From: Octopus sinensis
Lineage: Eukaryota
DNA length: 64,000 nt
Assembly (NCBI RefSeq): GCF_006345805.1
Contig: NC_043004.1
Location: forward strand, 25,420,001 to 25,484,000
Reading direction: 5' to 3'
The position numbers were made by a program, and so were the translations under genes. The notes under the pieces are model-generated. The model was not told the DNA's origin and made no database searches. It saw only the letters and a list, made by a program, of their open reading frames with translations. Shown one piece after another: positions 1 to 15,100 of the stretch; positions within the stretch are counted from its first letter, which is position 1; every line of letters begins with the position of its first letter.

Positions 1-252
1 GTAAACACACCAGCATCGGTTGTCAAGCAATGCTAGGGGAACAAACACACACACACAAACACACACACATACACATATATATATATACGACAGGCTTCTT
101 TCAGTTTCCATCTACCAAATCTACTCACAAGGCATTGGTCGGCCCGGGGCTATAGCAGAAGACACTTGCCCAAGATGCCACGCAGTGGGACTGAACCCGG
201 AACCATGTGGTTGGTTAGCAAGCTACTTACCACACAGCCACTCCTGCGCCTA
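1..252 (-). mobile_element. tRNA-derived SINE, family 1 (cut by window start)
   Basis: Minus-strand head has A box (TGGCTGTGTGG) and B box (GGTTCAGTCC); near-identical to copies at 30189 and 60881. Confidence 0.85.
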
Positions 253-1172
253 TCCACACAGCCACTCCTCCTCATTATAGAAATAATGAATATTGAATTA
301 TATTTTATACTCAATATCCAAATATTCTTAAGTCTCCAGGGATATTTGTCCATGATATTTCATTCCTTCCTCTAATCATCATCACCCTCAGCAGTAGCAT
401 CAGCTGCAACAGCAGTTTAAGAAGGACAAAGGTAAGCTAGAGTTGATTGAATGTAGGTTAAATAGAAAGCCATTATGATGTAAAGGAGTGATCTTATAAA
501 AAATATTCAGTCCAAGAGATAGTATCAATAAGATGTGGGTATGCTTATTATGAGTTTCTCATGCCACATGCAGTTGAAGACATTACCAATTGTCATTCAT
601 TGTGTGACTTTGAACCTGAAATCCTCTCTAGAGCTATACAGGTTGTATCTAGATAGAGGAAGACACCCAAATTGATAAATAAGGGGGTTACTTTTCTCAT
701 AGTGGAAAGTAGAATGACAGATGGGACACTTGGAGTATAGAGACACCAAGATTAAAGGATAGCGTTATAATTACAGGCCAACCTTTGATGATCTTACATG
801 TATTTAAATGATGGGTGATTTCCTTCAGGTGATGTGTTGTTTAACTGAAATATATAATTCCAAGACATTGATGAATAAATGTAGACTTCAACTGCTGACT
901 GTTATCTTAGAATTTCTTATTTTCTCCATCAGAGATAATACATTACTATAGAATTTCATGAACTATGCCAGAGAATATAAAAATAATCTATGCAAATATT
1001 CCTGAGGATTTTGATTGTTTATAGATCTTTAACTATTCAGTAAATTATACACCATTTTATGGTCTGATCTCTGCAGCAGGTTTAATTTGATGCTTTCTGT
1101 TATTTAGCTGCATCTCCTATCATCTGTCACTTAAAATTTTATCAGTACTCTCTTTCAATTTATTATTGATAT

Positions 1173-4100
1173 TGTAGGGTAACAGCATTATAGCAAAGAT
1201 TGTACCTAAAACCAACAACTTATATTTAATAAGAAACATATTTTTAAAATAGCCATGATATAGCTTTAGTTAAGCTATACACAAATAAATTAACGGAAAC
1301 CCAGATTTATTCAGTTAAATACATGAGGGTAACAGCTGCCAGTCACTTCTATCTTGTAGAAGCCGGCTTAACCAGAAGTCCACTTCGCTGCAGATCAGCT
1401 CCCTAGCTAGCCTGCAGCGAAGTTCATCTGTCATAAATCCTTGGGCAGTTCCCTACATACAGCTCCCCACCAGAACTGTTGACTGTCATTGGAATTGGGA
1501 AAAGTGTTTTAAATCCCCTGCTGTGCATGTGGTTACTTGACTCTTTGGTGACTGTTCCTTGCCAAGAGTTAGTGTGATTTACCTGGGGTGGCCGCTGTTT
1601 GGTGGTTGAGCTACTTGGATGGTGCTGTTAATATTGAGAAAGGCTGGTTTCAACCTATTTATGGAAACTGTGTCTTGTCGTCTGCCAATTAGGAGTTAGA
1701 AGGATTTGTCTCCCAGACATATGACTTTGTATGGGCCATCATAGGGTGACTGGAAGGGGTTTTGTCATGTGTCATGTTGAATGAATATGAAGTTAGCCAT
1801 GTGGAAGTCATTTGGTACAGATGATCTAGGTGTACCATGTGTTGACATGGGAATAAGGTGCAACTGGCCCACACTGTCTCTCAGTTGCATGAGGTACCTT
1901 TTGACAGCTGGGTTTGACTTCGTGTTCAGAAGGAACTCTCCTGGCACTGTAAGAGGGGCACCATACACCTTTTCCACATAAAAAATGTTGAGATTTTCCT
2001 TTGGGGTGGTGCAGATTCCTAGCATCTGAAAGATGATCGATCCAATTGGGCCCATTAAGTTTGGTTGTCAGGGATTCCTTCAGGCAGCAGTGAAATCTCT
2101 TTACTAATTCATTGGCCTGTGGATGGTAGGTTGTTGTGCACTTCATTGTTATTCCCAAAAGGTCACATGTCATTCTACAGTTTTTAAGTGAATTGTGGAC
2201 CCTGATTGGATGAGATGCTGTCTGGGACACCGAAATGGGCAACCCAGTTTGTGATGAAGGCTTGGTTGACTTCTTGTGTTTCTGTGCTGTGGAGAAGGAT
2301 GGCCTCAGGCCAGCATGTGTAGTAGTCTACGAAAGTCAGTAGGCATGAGCAACCCTGTGAAGATGGTAGTGGGCCCACAAGATCAATGTTGACATGGTTG
2401 AAACAGACCTGTGGTGGTTCATAGTTGCCAAGGAGTGCTTTGGTGTGCTGATGGTCCTTGGCTTGTTGATAGGGGATGCAGGTCTTGGTCCACTCCGCAA
2501 TTTGCTTGGCTACACTATTCCAGTCTATCAAAAGAGTCACTAGATGCTTCATGTGTAGCCCTGCATTTTGGCTTTCAATAAAGATATCATCTAAGTATGC
2601 AAAGACAAAATCAAGACCCCTGCACACGATATCCATCAAGCATTGGAAAGATTGTGCTGTATTTTTTAGGCCAAAGGGTGTATATAGGAATTCATACAGC
2701 CTGAAAGGAGTGATCACTACAGTTTTCAGTAAATTGTTGTCTTGTACCGGTATTTGGTGGTAACTTCGGATGAGATCAAACTTCAAGAAAACTGAGCGCC
2801 TGGCTAGCTGGGCTGAGAAGTCCTGTATGTGCAGAATGGGGTAGTGGTCAGGTGTCATGTCTGCATTGAGACAGTGGTAATCTCTGCCAGGACACCAACC
2901 TCCATTGGGCTTTGGTGCCACATGCAGGGGTGATGACCAAGAACTGCCTGATCAGCGAATTATGCCCAATGCCTCCATATTGTCAAACTTGGCCTTTGTG
3001 ATAGCAAGTTCCTCTGGTGATAGACGACATGCATGGCTGTGAACTGGGAGGCCAGTGGTGGGGATGTGGTGTGTCACTCTGTGGTGGGCTGTAGGTTTGG
3101 AGAATATCGAGGTAATGAGATTGGAGTGACTCACAAGGAAATTTGAGAATTTGTTTTCGGTCTGAGAGATGGTTGCTATGCAGGGGGTGGCATGTTCAGC
3201 TGTTGCCAGTGACCCAGAATCATATGTGTTGTTGTTGATGTGTCATCTTCCTTGCAAATCAACCAGTAGCAAGTGTTCTCAAAAAAAGTCTGCCTGATAA
3301 TGGGCTGATGGGCATTAGCGATGATGAATGCCCGTGTGTATTTTTGTGAACTGATATTGAGAAAACAGATGCAATGAAAATACACCTCGATTGTGGAGCC
3401 ATTGATAGCTGTTAAAGGTTGGCCCTGCTTTCTGTAACAGAGGTCCCTTGCCAATGCTGGTATCAAACTGACTTCTGCTCCAGTGTCAATTAGGAACCTA
3501 CATCTGGAGATTTGATTGTAGACATAGAGGAGCAGTTGATCGTGTCTGCCAGCCACAGGGTATTCAGTGGTGGCTGGCCCTGGAGTTTCCTGGGGCCGAT
3601 GGGCAAAAGGTCCTGAAGTTACATGGTTGTTTGTACTTCATAACCTTTTTCCCAAATTTTTTGTGGTATAAGCACAGGCTGTCTTGCTTAACTCTATTAT
3701 GTCTCGGAGTCAACCTTATAGCATTGACCATAACACCACTGGATAAAAAATGTTTGTCAGCTGCTTTCGCTAACTGCCACAGGTCCTTGACCTCAATCTG
3801 AGTTATGAGGGCCTGGACCTGGAGTGGCAACTTGTGGAGGAATATTTCCCTAAACAAAAAGGAAGGTGACACACTAGTGGGGAACTAATGCCACCATCTT
3901 GTCCAATTCTTCCTCCAGTATCTTGGCTGCCACTTCCCGGTCGCTCTGCCAGAATTTATTAACCAACTTGTCTTTTAACATAGTGTATTTGTGCATTGCT
4001 TGGGTTTAGGTTAAAATGTCCAGCACCCTTGTTGCCATGTCCTTCTCTAATACCACCACTATGTAAGACTATTTTGTTAGGTGTGTAGTTATTTTGCATA

Positions 4101-4326
4101 TGTTAAATTGTGCTCCCACCTGCACAAGCCATAGCTCAGCCCTCTTCAGCCAGAATTGTGGTAGCTTCAGTGCTGTTGTGTGATCACTTGCCATGTTGCT
4201 TTGATTTTCTGTTTACTTTGATATGTGAAACAAAAGCTGTTGTTCTTCCGTGGGATCACTAGCTAGCCCGCAGCAAAATTCTTGTCTACAGTTTGTCTGT
4301 CATAAATCCTTGGGTGGTACCCTACA
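1173..4326 (-). mobile_element. Degenerate Gypsy LTR retrotransposon (gag, protease, RT, integrase remnants)
   Basis: 3' LTR 1173..1457 (tgtagggtaac...gttccctaca) with adjacent PPT. 5' LTR remnant ~4260..4326 next to a PBS-like site. Motifs FLIDTGAEVS, PFGLKN, AYLDD and integrase HPQANELV..FH. Confidence 0.88.
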
Positions 4327-4409
4327 ATGAAATGATAAATTTATACTGAACCACTGAGAACTTGCCAGGTCCACTTCATTCCCATGAATCATCGTATCCA
4401 CTGCAACCT

Positions 4410-4780
4410 CACTACCATTCCACAGCCATTCATCAATGTATGTTCAATTATACCCTTATCACCACTCTATGAATGAATGATCTATGAATGATCCAACGCC
4501 ATCTCAATAACTTACTCCTGTTAGTCTATGTACAGTCAACAACCACCTCACTACTTCACCACACTTGTTAACATTTGTATGATCAAATACCACCACACTA
4601 CCAGTCCACTCCCCTTAAGTTATGTATGGCCAACTACCACCTCACTACCACTCACTTACATTATTCCGTGTATAGTTAATTATCCTCTCACTACCACCCT
4701 TCTCCCATTAATCTATGTATGGTCAAGTAACGCCACACTTCCACTCAATTCTTGTTAACCTATTTATGGTCAACTACTAT
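4410..4780. repeat. Degenerate ~40-bp minisatellite (tatgtatggtcaactaccac core)
   Basis: Recurring tatgtatggtcaa/ccactc motifs. Confidence 0.5.
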
Positions 4781-4880
4781 ACATAATGGAAGTGAGGTGG
4801 CTGTTGACCTTACATTAGGATCAAGGGACTTGTCCAGAAAAAGATAACAAATATGATAAGAAATATGTCAAAATATTTAA

Positions 4881-5100
4881 CCCTTTAGCATTTAGATTAT
4901 TCTGTAAAATGTAAAGCTTATGTATTCACACCATATAAAATTAATCTTGCATCATTTCATGGCTTTGAGATTTCAATGATGTTATTGTTTATTTTTAAAA
5001 AGACACAATAAGATAGCTATGAATGACCATATCTGGCCAGTTTGAACATAAAATAGGTAGAATATTTTGGCCAGATAGGGCCGGTTTAAACACTAAAGGG
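4881..5100. mobile_element. piggyBac-type MITE
   Basis: TTAA|ccctttagcattt ... aaacactaaaggg|TTAA. Confidence 0.8.
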
Positions 5101-5315
5101 TTAAACCAAAATACATCAGCTGTTGGACATACATCTCTAGATTTTCATGTAAGAGCCGGAAATAGATACCTGTTTCCACTGTTAGCAGAAAATGTTGTTA
5201 ATCCAATAGTGATGGTTAATTTCCATTTTTTCTTCCTTGCTATATTTGACAATATACTGCTGTGTAACAAATTCTTGAGTATAACATTTTAGAATGAAAC
5301 ATATCTAAATGTAAC

Positions 5316-5319
<4 letters not shown>

Positions 5320-5388
<69 letters not shown>

Positions 5389-5600
5389 TCTGTCTGTCTC
5401 TGTCTGTCTGTCTATCTGTCTATCTGTCTGTCTGTATGTCTGTCTCTCTTCTGTCTGTATGTCTCTTTCTTTTTCTCTTTCTTTCTTCTTTCCTTCCTCC
5501 CCCTAACTCCCTCCCTCTCCTTCCTTCCTTCCTTCCTCCCTCCCTTCCTCCCTCTTCATCCCCTTCTTTCCTCTCTTCTTCCTTCCCTTCTTCTTCTTTC
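5320..5600. repeat. (CT)n/(CTGT)n/(CCTT)n polypyrimidine microsatellite
   Basis: Directly visible, just upstream of exon A. Confidence 0.9.
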
Positions 5601-5641
5601 TAAACACCATTATTTACCATGTCCTCTTCTCTGTCCTTCAG

Positions 5642-5793
5642 ATTAACAATCCCAACAATTGTGGCAACACCATACTTCATTTTGCAAGTGTTAAGGGCAA
5701 CACCAACATTATTCTAATGTTATTGAAAGCAGGAGCGAGTGTAACATCAACAGATCAAGATGGCAATACACCTTTACACTGGGCAGCACTAAA
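5642..5793 (+). CDS. Exon A: ankyrin repeats (INNPNNCGNTILHFASVKG...DQDGNTPLHWAAL)
   Basis: Polypyrimidine tract + ttcag acceptor; gtaaga donor; TILH and TPLH ankyrin motifs; absent from the ORF track. Confidence 0.85.
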
Positions 5794-5829
5794 GTAAGAT
5801 CACAACAATTTGTTTTTTATTTTTTTATT

Positions 5830-5894
<65 letters not shown>

Positions 5895-8800
5895 TGTATA
5901 TGTAAGAGAGTGTGTCTTTATACACACGAACCACACTATGCATGTATATGTCTGTATAAATGTATATGTACTACTATAGTAGCTGCCAAAATGACAGAGT
6001 TTATTTGAAAAACATTAGAAGGTGACAGAACCATAAAAACAGAAAAAATACAATGTAGAAAAGGGAAATTATTTGTAAAGAGAGAGAAAGAGAAAGGTAT
6101 TGTTAAGCTGGTGGTAGATTTAAGAGTGTGTGAAGGTGCATGGCTTAGTGGTTAGGGTATTCAGCTCATGATTGAAAGGTTGTGAGTTCAATTCCTGGCA
6201 GCGAATTGTGTCATTGAGCAAAACACTTTATTTCATACAGTTCTATATTTAAGAGATAAGGAAATTATGTATATTATTTACACTTGATGGATATTTGTTG
6301 TCATCTTGTTTGTGGTAAATAATGTAAATAATGTATTTTATTTCATGTTGCTCCAGACAACTCTGCTGGCAAAAATTAATAGTATCTGTTATTCAAAGGG
6401 CTAGCCTTGTCACAACGTGTGTCACACTGAACCTCCCTGAGAACTATGTTAAGGGTATGCATGACTGTGGAGCGCTCAGCCACTTGTATACTAATTTCAT
6501 GAGTAGGCTTTTCTATTGATTAGATCAACTGCAACCTCTGTCATTGTAACTGATGGAGTTCCGGATTTAAGTGTAATAAATACCAGAGAAGGAGAGGAAC
6601 ATAGCCATCAATGTGTTAGTGTAAGATCAATTAGGTGAGCTCTATGTCACTCTAATGCTGGGAAGCTATTTGTCACTATGTCTAATTATATCTATTTGTC
6701 TATATGTCTGTCTGTTTCATTAAGTGTCTATCTGTCTCTATCTCATCAAACACATGCACATGTATATATATACATATGCACACATACACTAACATACATG
6801 TTTGTGTGTGTAGTATATATATAAAAAGTGTAGAAATCCCTTTCAGTCATGAATGACCATGGGATTGTATCTAGAAAGTTCCTCTCTGAGGCACAAGTTC
6901 AGGCAAGGTTGTTTTGTGGAAGATCAACAGTTGGCCATGCATACCAGTTTCTCCTCTGCATGCCATCGATGTTGTCCTAGGGAAAGGCAAAAGCTGATAC
7001 AGCTGATACTGGAGCAATGTGAAATAAAATGTCTTGCTCAAGAACATAAGGCACAGTATAGTATGGAAATCAAACTCACAACGTTACGGTTGTAAGCCCA
7101 ACACTCTAATCATATAGTTAGATATGCTTGTATAATCTATATACTATTAAAACTTCCTTGCATGCTTGTCTGTAATTTAACACAGCCAAACTGGTGCATA
7201 ATGGAAAAATACTCTCAAAGTAAGGTACTTCTGAAATGTGAATACAAACAGAATAAAACAAGATTCCCATAAATCAGACCACTAATTCCTGAGATATGTG
7301 ATTTTTTGGGGTTTGTTTCCACAAATTTAAGCAGTGAAACCTGGAGTTATTACCCTTTACTGTGAATACTTTTATAACTAGCCAAACTGGCACATAATGG
7401 GAAAATACACTGAAAGTAAGGTGCCATTGAAATGTGAATAGAAACGGAATAAAACAAGTTTTGCATAAATCAAACCATGGGTTCCCAAGATTTGCGGTTT
7501 CTTCAGGCACCTTGAACTATTAGTGACCCAACGGGTCATGGATAGTTCAATATATAATATATACAATTATATCACGACATACTAAATATATATAACCTGA
7601 CTATTATTTCAGTCTTTGTAATATCTTTATTTTTACCTTCCTCATTCTTTCAGCAACCAACATGAAGTGGTGGCATTGTTGCTATACTATGGAGCTGATG
7701 TCAATATTCTCAATAAAAATGGGTGTAGTCCACTCCATGAAGCTATCCTTAAAAACAATATAAAGGTGGTGGAGATGGTACTTAATACAATAAATGTATA
7801 TAATGCTCAGGTTAGTGAATATATATATATATATATCCACTGTTACTAATATATTGATCTTAGAGAATGTTGTTCAATATTATTATCATCACTGATTAAG
7901 TAATACAACACACATCCTGTACAGAGAACTTTATGATAGTCATGATGATGATGAGGATGAGGATGATGGTGGTGGTGGTGGTGGTGGTGGTGGTGGTGGT
8001 GGTGGTGAGTTTGTGTGTGTGTGAATACTTACATTCTGCCCTTCACATGATAAAACATTGAACTATGGCCAATGAACACATTTTCTGATAGTTCTATGCT
8101 TTTAAAGACAAGCAGAACATAATCTCTCTTACTTGAAAAACAATTAAGGGTTTGTTATACCTTCCATCTCTAAATGTTGTGGTACCACCATGATATTGTG
8201 ACGGATGGTCTAGATACACTGTACCAGTGTAGTAACAGTAAACAAGATAACGATGCAGCTGTAATAGTGACAATCTCTTCATGAACCAACAATCAATATT
8301 CCAAACAAACTAACCAACTGACACCTACCTTCTGACTTCATTGTGAACTCTGCTTGAACGAACACACAAACTTCACTTTGACCACTACTGTTTATAATCA
8401 CTCAGTCTAGTCTATTTCTTGCAAGGGGACATTGTGACTCTCATCACAACATCTCCCCTTTTGAGATTTCAACTTCTGTAAGAGGTGAAGTTGATATTAT
8501 TTTTTTATTTTTCCAGCACCTCTCCCTCTCCTTCTTTTTTCTTTTAATTTGATGTCTTTTTCATTTTAGCATTATTTCTAAATGTTCAGTCTGTTTCCTT
8601 TTTCAACTGTTGCTTCTACAAGGTTCAATCTCTTTCAGTGCTGGCACCTCAGACATGTTATAGCAGACTTCCATTGGTATTTTCTTTCGTTTTTCATTTT
8701 GTCTTGTCTTTAATTAGTTTAGGTATCCCTTATGTTCCCAACATTGTTCTTTAATTATATACATCATGTTTCCTAATCTTTTTGTTACAAAACCATCTTC

Positions 8801-11616
8801 CTAGCCTTCTTTACTATTTTAGTAATGTTTTGTTCCCTTTTCTGTTTCCTTTAAAGATATTTTTTCATTGCAATAATTTAACGAAGATCGATTTTATTTT
8901 CCACCTGAACTTTAACTCTGCCAGAGACTTTCCTGAACTGGTATTCAGATTGGGCATATACCCTCAAGAATTTTGTTAGTACTTTGTCATTATCTACATC
9001 ATTCCTTGCTTTTTTTAACACTCACTTGAAAATATCAACAAATCTTTCTACCTGCCTGTTTGACCTCAGGTGGTTGGGTGGGGTAAAAATATGCTTTATC
9101 ATATGTATTTTGCAGAAGTTTTTTAATTCACTACCCATAAATTGTGTCCCATTATCTGATACCAATGTGTCTTGAACACTGTATCAGGCAAATAATTCAT
9201 ACAGGAACTTTATTGTTGTCTTTGTGGTTGGTTTATTGCACCTGCGTACCTCTGGTCACAAATATCTCTGGCCACTTTGTACTGCTATCAACAACGATTA
9301 GATAGTATGTGCCATTCACTAGCATTGTCGATATGTACCATGGACCACGGAATATCCATCTCAGGTCACGACTGGTATTTCACTAGTGGTGCTTTGGCTG
9401 CTAGCACATGATTTTACACAATTTTCAATTTCCCAGTCCATTGTCAGTCAATATACATAGCTCCTTATTAAGGCTTTCATTCTTAATATTCTTGAGTGTC
9501 CACTGTGGAATTCCTGCAATACTACCACTCTTTGGTTGGTACTATCACTCTTTGCACATACATTAAACATCATCGCATAGTGAAAACTTATTTGAATTTG
9601 TATTTTCATTTTGCTTATTTTTCAACATTACCTTCTTTCTTGTAATGTAATTATCCTCTGCAGATTTCATTTTTATATCATGCGCTGTCACCAGCAGTTT
9701 GTCAATAACATTACACATAGCGTTTTTAATTAATTTTTTTCTTCAATTCAACTGCTGAGTTCTTTTCATTGGTGAGGCAGCCATTAAACTTTTTTCAGTA
9801 CCAGCTTATTGGGAAATCCCGTAAATCAAATAACTCCAGTCAGTCAGTACAAAACAGACTGGTTGTGTTCTTTACACTGAAAACTTTTGCTTTGCAAGTT
9901 TTCCCTTGAAATGTGACATCATTCCACATTTTTCCTACAAAATGTAGTTTGTCACCCATCATGCCACAAGCAGTTTTCAGTTTTTCTTAACATAGGTTTC
10001 CCCCTTTTTTTTTTTCCACGTGTTGGTGTTGATTATTGAAATGTCACTACCAGTATCCAGTTGTAATTTAATATTTACTCCATTTACTTTTATGTGTACA
10101 AATTTCCTTATTTGGGAGTCGATTTTACTTTCTGCTGAGAGCACTTTAGAATTTTTTGTGTTTGATCTTCATACTTTTGTTCTACATTATGAACACTGTG
10201 TCCAAATTTTTGACAACTATAACATTTTTGGTTTTTAAGAGGACAATCTTTTCTGAAATGTAAGCCTCCACATCCGTAACATGGATTAGGACCTGGCATT
10301 CTTCTTTGGTTATACTTGGTTGACATATCTGTATTTTTGCGAAATCCTTTCCTTGAATTTTTCTTACATCGTGTTTCAGGTTTACCATCCTTTGACACTT
10401 TTCTGCAACAGTCTGCAGAGTTAACTCTTGGTTCATTTGTTCAAGTTTTGAAAGAATTCTTGCCTGTATTTCTGTATCTTCATTTGCTGTAAGGCCTTGT
10501 ACAAAAATGAGACACTTAAACATCTCAGGAGTAAGTTCTTTAGGTTTAAAACTATCACACATTCTGTTGACAGTTCCTGCATATGTAATAAAGACTTTTT
10601 GGGCAAAATGAAATTACAGTGCCACTCATGTTCAGATGAAGCTAATTTACATAATAATAACCTTACTTTTTCTTCGTCCAACCATGTTTTGCAATCATCC
10701 TTAAAAATTTCCTTATACATTCTGTAGTACACTGCAAATGTTATACCCTCCTCTGGGTTATAACTGAATTCTTTTATGGAATTCAATAAGCCATCTGGCG
10801 AAAACAAACTTACCACATTTTTGGACTTCTTTGCATATAGCTCCAATAATTGTTGTTGTTGAAGTTGTTGCTGTAATAGTTGCTTCTGCAACTCCTGTTA
10901 CTGTTCTTGTTGTTGCTTTTGCAACTGTATTATAGAAGCTAGTATGTCTTCCATCATTTAACAAATTGTATCATGACCAAATTGTTAAGTAACCTATGTG
11001 AGCTTCGCAACCCTCATTGCCAGATGTTGTACCCTCCATCTCCAAATGTCATGGTAACATCACAATGTGATGGATGTTTTAGATACACTGTGCCAGTGTG
11101 CCAACAGTAAACAAGATAATGATCCAGCTGTAATAGCAGTGTAATGATCCAACAATCTCTTCATGAACCAACAATCAATATTCCAAACAAACCAACTGAC
11201 ACCTTCCCACTTCACTTTGAACTCAACTTGAACTAATACAAACTTCACTCTGACTGCTACTATTTATAATTGCTCAGTCCAGTCTATTTCTAGCAAGGGG
11301 GCATCATGACTCTCATTACAACAGGGTTACAAGGGCATCCAGCTATAAAAACAATGCTTCAATAATATACATTAATCTAATCCATGCTAGCATAGAAAAA
11401 TAGACATAAAACAAACAAGCAAATGAATGTACATGTATATATGTTTGCAAATTTGTACTTATTTATGTATTTTATGTATGTTTGTAAGCATGCATGCATC
11501 CATGTACATATGTATATATATGTATGTATGTCTATATGTATGTACATATGTATGTACGTATGCATGTATGTATGCATGTATACATCTATCTATCTATCTA
11601 TCTGTCTGTCTGTCTT

Positions 11617-11654
<38 letters not shown>

Positions 11655-12124
11655 CATCTATCCATCTATCTATCTATCTATCTATCTTATTTTTTTATCC
11701 TGTACTTGTTTCAGTCATTAGACTAACTATGCTGGGTACAGCCTTGAGGAATTTTTAGTCGAATGAATCGACTCCAGTATTTATTTATTTTTGAGCCTGG
11801 TACTTATTCTATTGGTTTCTTTTGCTGAACTGCTAAGTTACAGAAATGTAAATGCATCAACACTAGTTGTCAAGTGGTGGTGGGGACAAACACAGACACT
11901 ACCCACACACACACACACACACACACATGTATGATGAGCTTCTTTCAGTTTCTGTCCACCAAATCCACTCACAAGGCTTTGATTAGCTAAAGGCTGTAGT
12001 AGAAGAAATTTACTCAAGGTACCACGTAGTGGGACTGAATCTGGAACCATGTGGTTGGGAAGCATGCTTCTTATCACACAGCCACACTGGCACCTGTGTG
12101 TGTATGTGTGTGTGCATGTGTTTG

Positions 12125-12159
<35 letters not shown>

Positions 12160-15100
12160 ATGTATGTGTGTGTTTGCCTGCATGTTTAGATATGCATGCA
12201 CATATCTGAAAAGATTGTACAACCTCAAATTATCCAAAAAGAACCTCATGGCACTGGGTAACCGAATCTGGAAAATACACGACCAAAACTTTGACTGTAG
12301 CTTTAAACAGCAAACTCTCAAAAGAGCAAAGCCATACACAAATGACACAAGGAACTGCAGCTTTTGCATAGCAGAAAAAATGTACATACCACTTAGAACA
12401 AATTGCTCCAACAACTGACAACAAGAAAGGAGATATTCACATCAGATGTATTCTGATTAGCAGTACAACACAGACAAAGCTGAACGCATCCACTATTTTA
12501 TTGTCCTTCTTTCACAATAACCTAATGAATGCAACCAAGACTATGTTGACCTGAGCTGCTACCTTTGGATTTTAATTTTACTTATACTGAAATTTTTTTT
12601 TTACAACTTTGATTGACAACAGAACTTTCATAAGGAGCAGAAACTCAGATTTATAAAAGCCAAGGTTTGTGTAAATCAAAACCTTTATCACAATATTGAC
12701 AAATACTATGTTTTCTTGTGTGTTCTAACATATCATCAATGACCATCATTGCTATTCTCCAAGACATTTTGATGACTGAAATAAGTGAAGAGGCTCTGCT
12801 CTTATTCCAAACCATGCCTATTACAGTAGAACCTTGCAGTACAAGTGTACCATTGTATGAGCTGAGGCTTGTGCAAATTTTTGTCTTGAAGTACAACTGG
12901 TAATCAACAGTATGAGTGAATTTCATACAAGTGACTGCTATCTGGCACTGAGCTCACATACACTCTCCTAACAAGCACAACCTCCACTCACTCATTTCAT
13001 GTGTTTAATCTCATGCAACATCCCTACTGTGTTCTTCCCAATGTCTTTTTTTAGTTTTATGCATTTTTTGCTCTTATTTTATGATAATTACTTGTGTTAG
13101 CCATAGGTCTTAGAAAGGTTAGTGCAAAGGACAGTGCTGAGAAGAAGAAAAAGCTGATTACGATAGAACTGAAGAAGGAAATCATGGATAAACATGAGAG
13201 AGGAGTGCATGTAGTGGACATAGCATGTGAATACAACTGAAGCACATCAACGATCTGCACCATCCTGAAGAAAAAGGACGAGATCAAGGTCATTGCAACA
13301 GCAAAGGGTGTCTCCAGGCTCTCTAAGCAATGCACATCTATCCACAAAGACATGGAAAAATTTCTTCTCCTGTAGATCAAAGAAAGGCAACTCACGGGGG
13401 ATATGATTACCATCATCTGCAAGAAAGCGCTCTATGGGGATTTCCTGAGGCAGAACCCTGGAACATCGACAGAGGAGACATCAGAAGACACATTAAAGGC
13501 CAATCATGGGTGGTTTGATAATTTCAAGAAGAGGACTGGTGTTCATAGCATCAGGTATAGAGAAACAACAAGTTCTGACATGATGGCAGCTGAGGATTTT
13601 GTGTGTGAATTCCATCAGCTCTTTGTAACCAAGGGGTACATCACACAACAGGTATTCAACTGTGATAAAACTGGCCTTTTTTGGAAAAGAAAATGCCTAG
13701 AAAAACCTACATAATTGCAGAGGAAAGACAATGCCAGGCTACAAGCCAATGAAAGATAGGCTAACTCTCACCCTTTGTGCTAGTGCAAGTGGAGACTTTA
13801 AGATTAAGCTGCTCCTTGTCTACCATTCAGAAAACCCATGAGCATCCAAGTCACACAAAATCTTGAAAGAGAAGCCTCAGATCATGTGAAGGACAACGTT
13901 AAGGCCTGGTCATCAGGCAATTCTTCACTGAGTGTGTCAACCTTGTCTTTGGAGCAGTAGTGAAGAAGTACTTTCTAGAGAACCATCTTCATCTCAAGAT
14001 TGTCCTTGACAATGCTCCTGCTCACCTTCCTATCCTTGAAGATGATATCCTGGATGAATTTAAATACATAAAACTCCTCTACCTTTCATGCAACACCACC
14101 CCTATCTTGCAGCCCAAGGACAAATAGGTGATTTCGAATTTTAAGAAATTGTACACCAAACACCAAAAATACAAATCTAACCCTTCATGACTTTTGGAAA
14201 GAGCACTACAACATTGTTAACTGCCTGAAAATCATCAATATGGCCTGGCAGGGTGTAATGAGAAGAAAACTGAATTCTGCATGGTGGAAACTGGTGTAAC
14301 TACGTGTCTGAAAGAGACTCTGAGGGGTTTGAATCTGAGACACCTATAGTCAAGGAGACAGTGTCTCTTGGGCCACAAAGTTGACATTGGGGACATTAAT
14401 GATCTCGTTGAGAAACACTCAAGGGAGCTGACAACAGATGAACCCCTGCAGCTTCAAGAGCAGCAGCATTCAGATGCAGTGGAAGACACTGGTTCTCTGG
14501 AGGAGAACATTGTAGTGGAGACGGCTATCTCTACAACTGACATAAAGGCAGTATTGGCAAAGTGGCAGTATGTTTCTGAATTTGTAGAAAAATAATCATC
14601 CTGGAAAAGTATCTACAGGTCGTGCAACTGCTTTATTATAACTGCATGATTTTTTTTTATCTGGCAGCTAGGTTGCATTGACAGTAATTCATTCAGTTGC
14701 TTCCCCTTTTGAAGTTTTATCTTGTGAAGATTGGGCAGCATGTTTTTCTGTGCATCTTCACAGTCCTACAAGCATCAGTCCTCCTCGCATGCAGCTGCAG
14801 GAAGAGGTCTGGACTGGAAAACTAGTTATTCATATAAATATTGTAGTCTTTGTCAAACATGACATCAGTTGATGCTAGAGTAGACGCTGGAAGATTCAAT
14901 CTGTCCTGATCAGTGTAAATTTTGTAATTCCACATGTACCCACAGGCTATGCTAGTTGACTGGCATACTTTATAAACCTTGACTCCAAAGCAGGCACATT
15001 TGGTCGGGTTGTATTGTTTGAATTTCAGCCTTCTCTTGAATTTCCATAAACTCTTGTCCATACAAATGTCTTGTGAGGGGACATAAACCATTCTGAAATT

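Noticed and set aside
20-375. ORFs recurring at 30363 and 60905
   Set aside because: Incidental frames within SINE copies.
6135-6200. tRNA gene candidate
   Set aside because: A and B boxes only; continues into a SINE body; no full cloverleaf.
11377-11758. Overlapping long ORFs rich in M/Y/V/C/L/S/I
   Set aside because: Translations of (TATG)n/(TCTA)n/(TCTG)n microsatellites.
12515-12655. Hammerhead-like ctaatga...gaaactcag after the Penelope fragment
   Set aside because: Core and cleavage triplet are too degraded to call.
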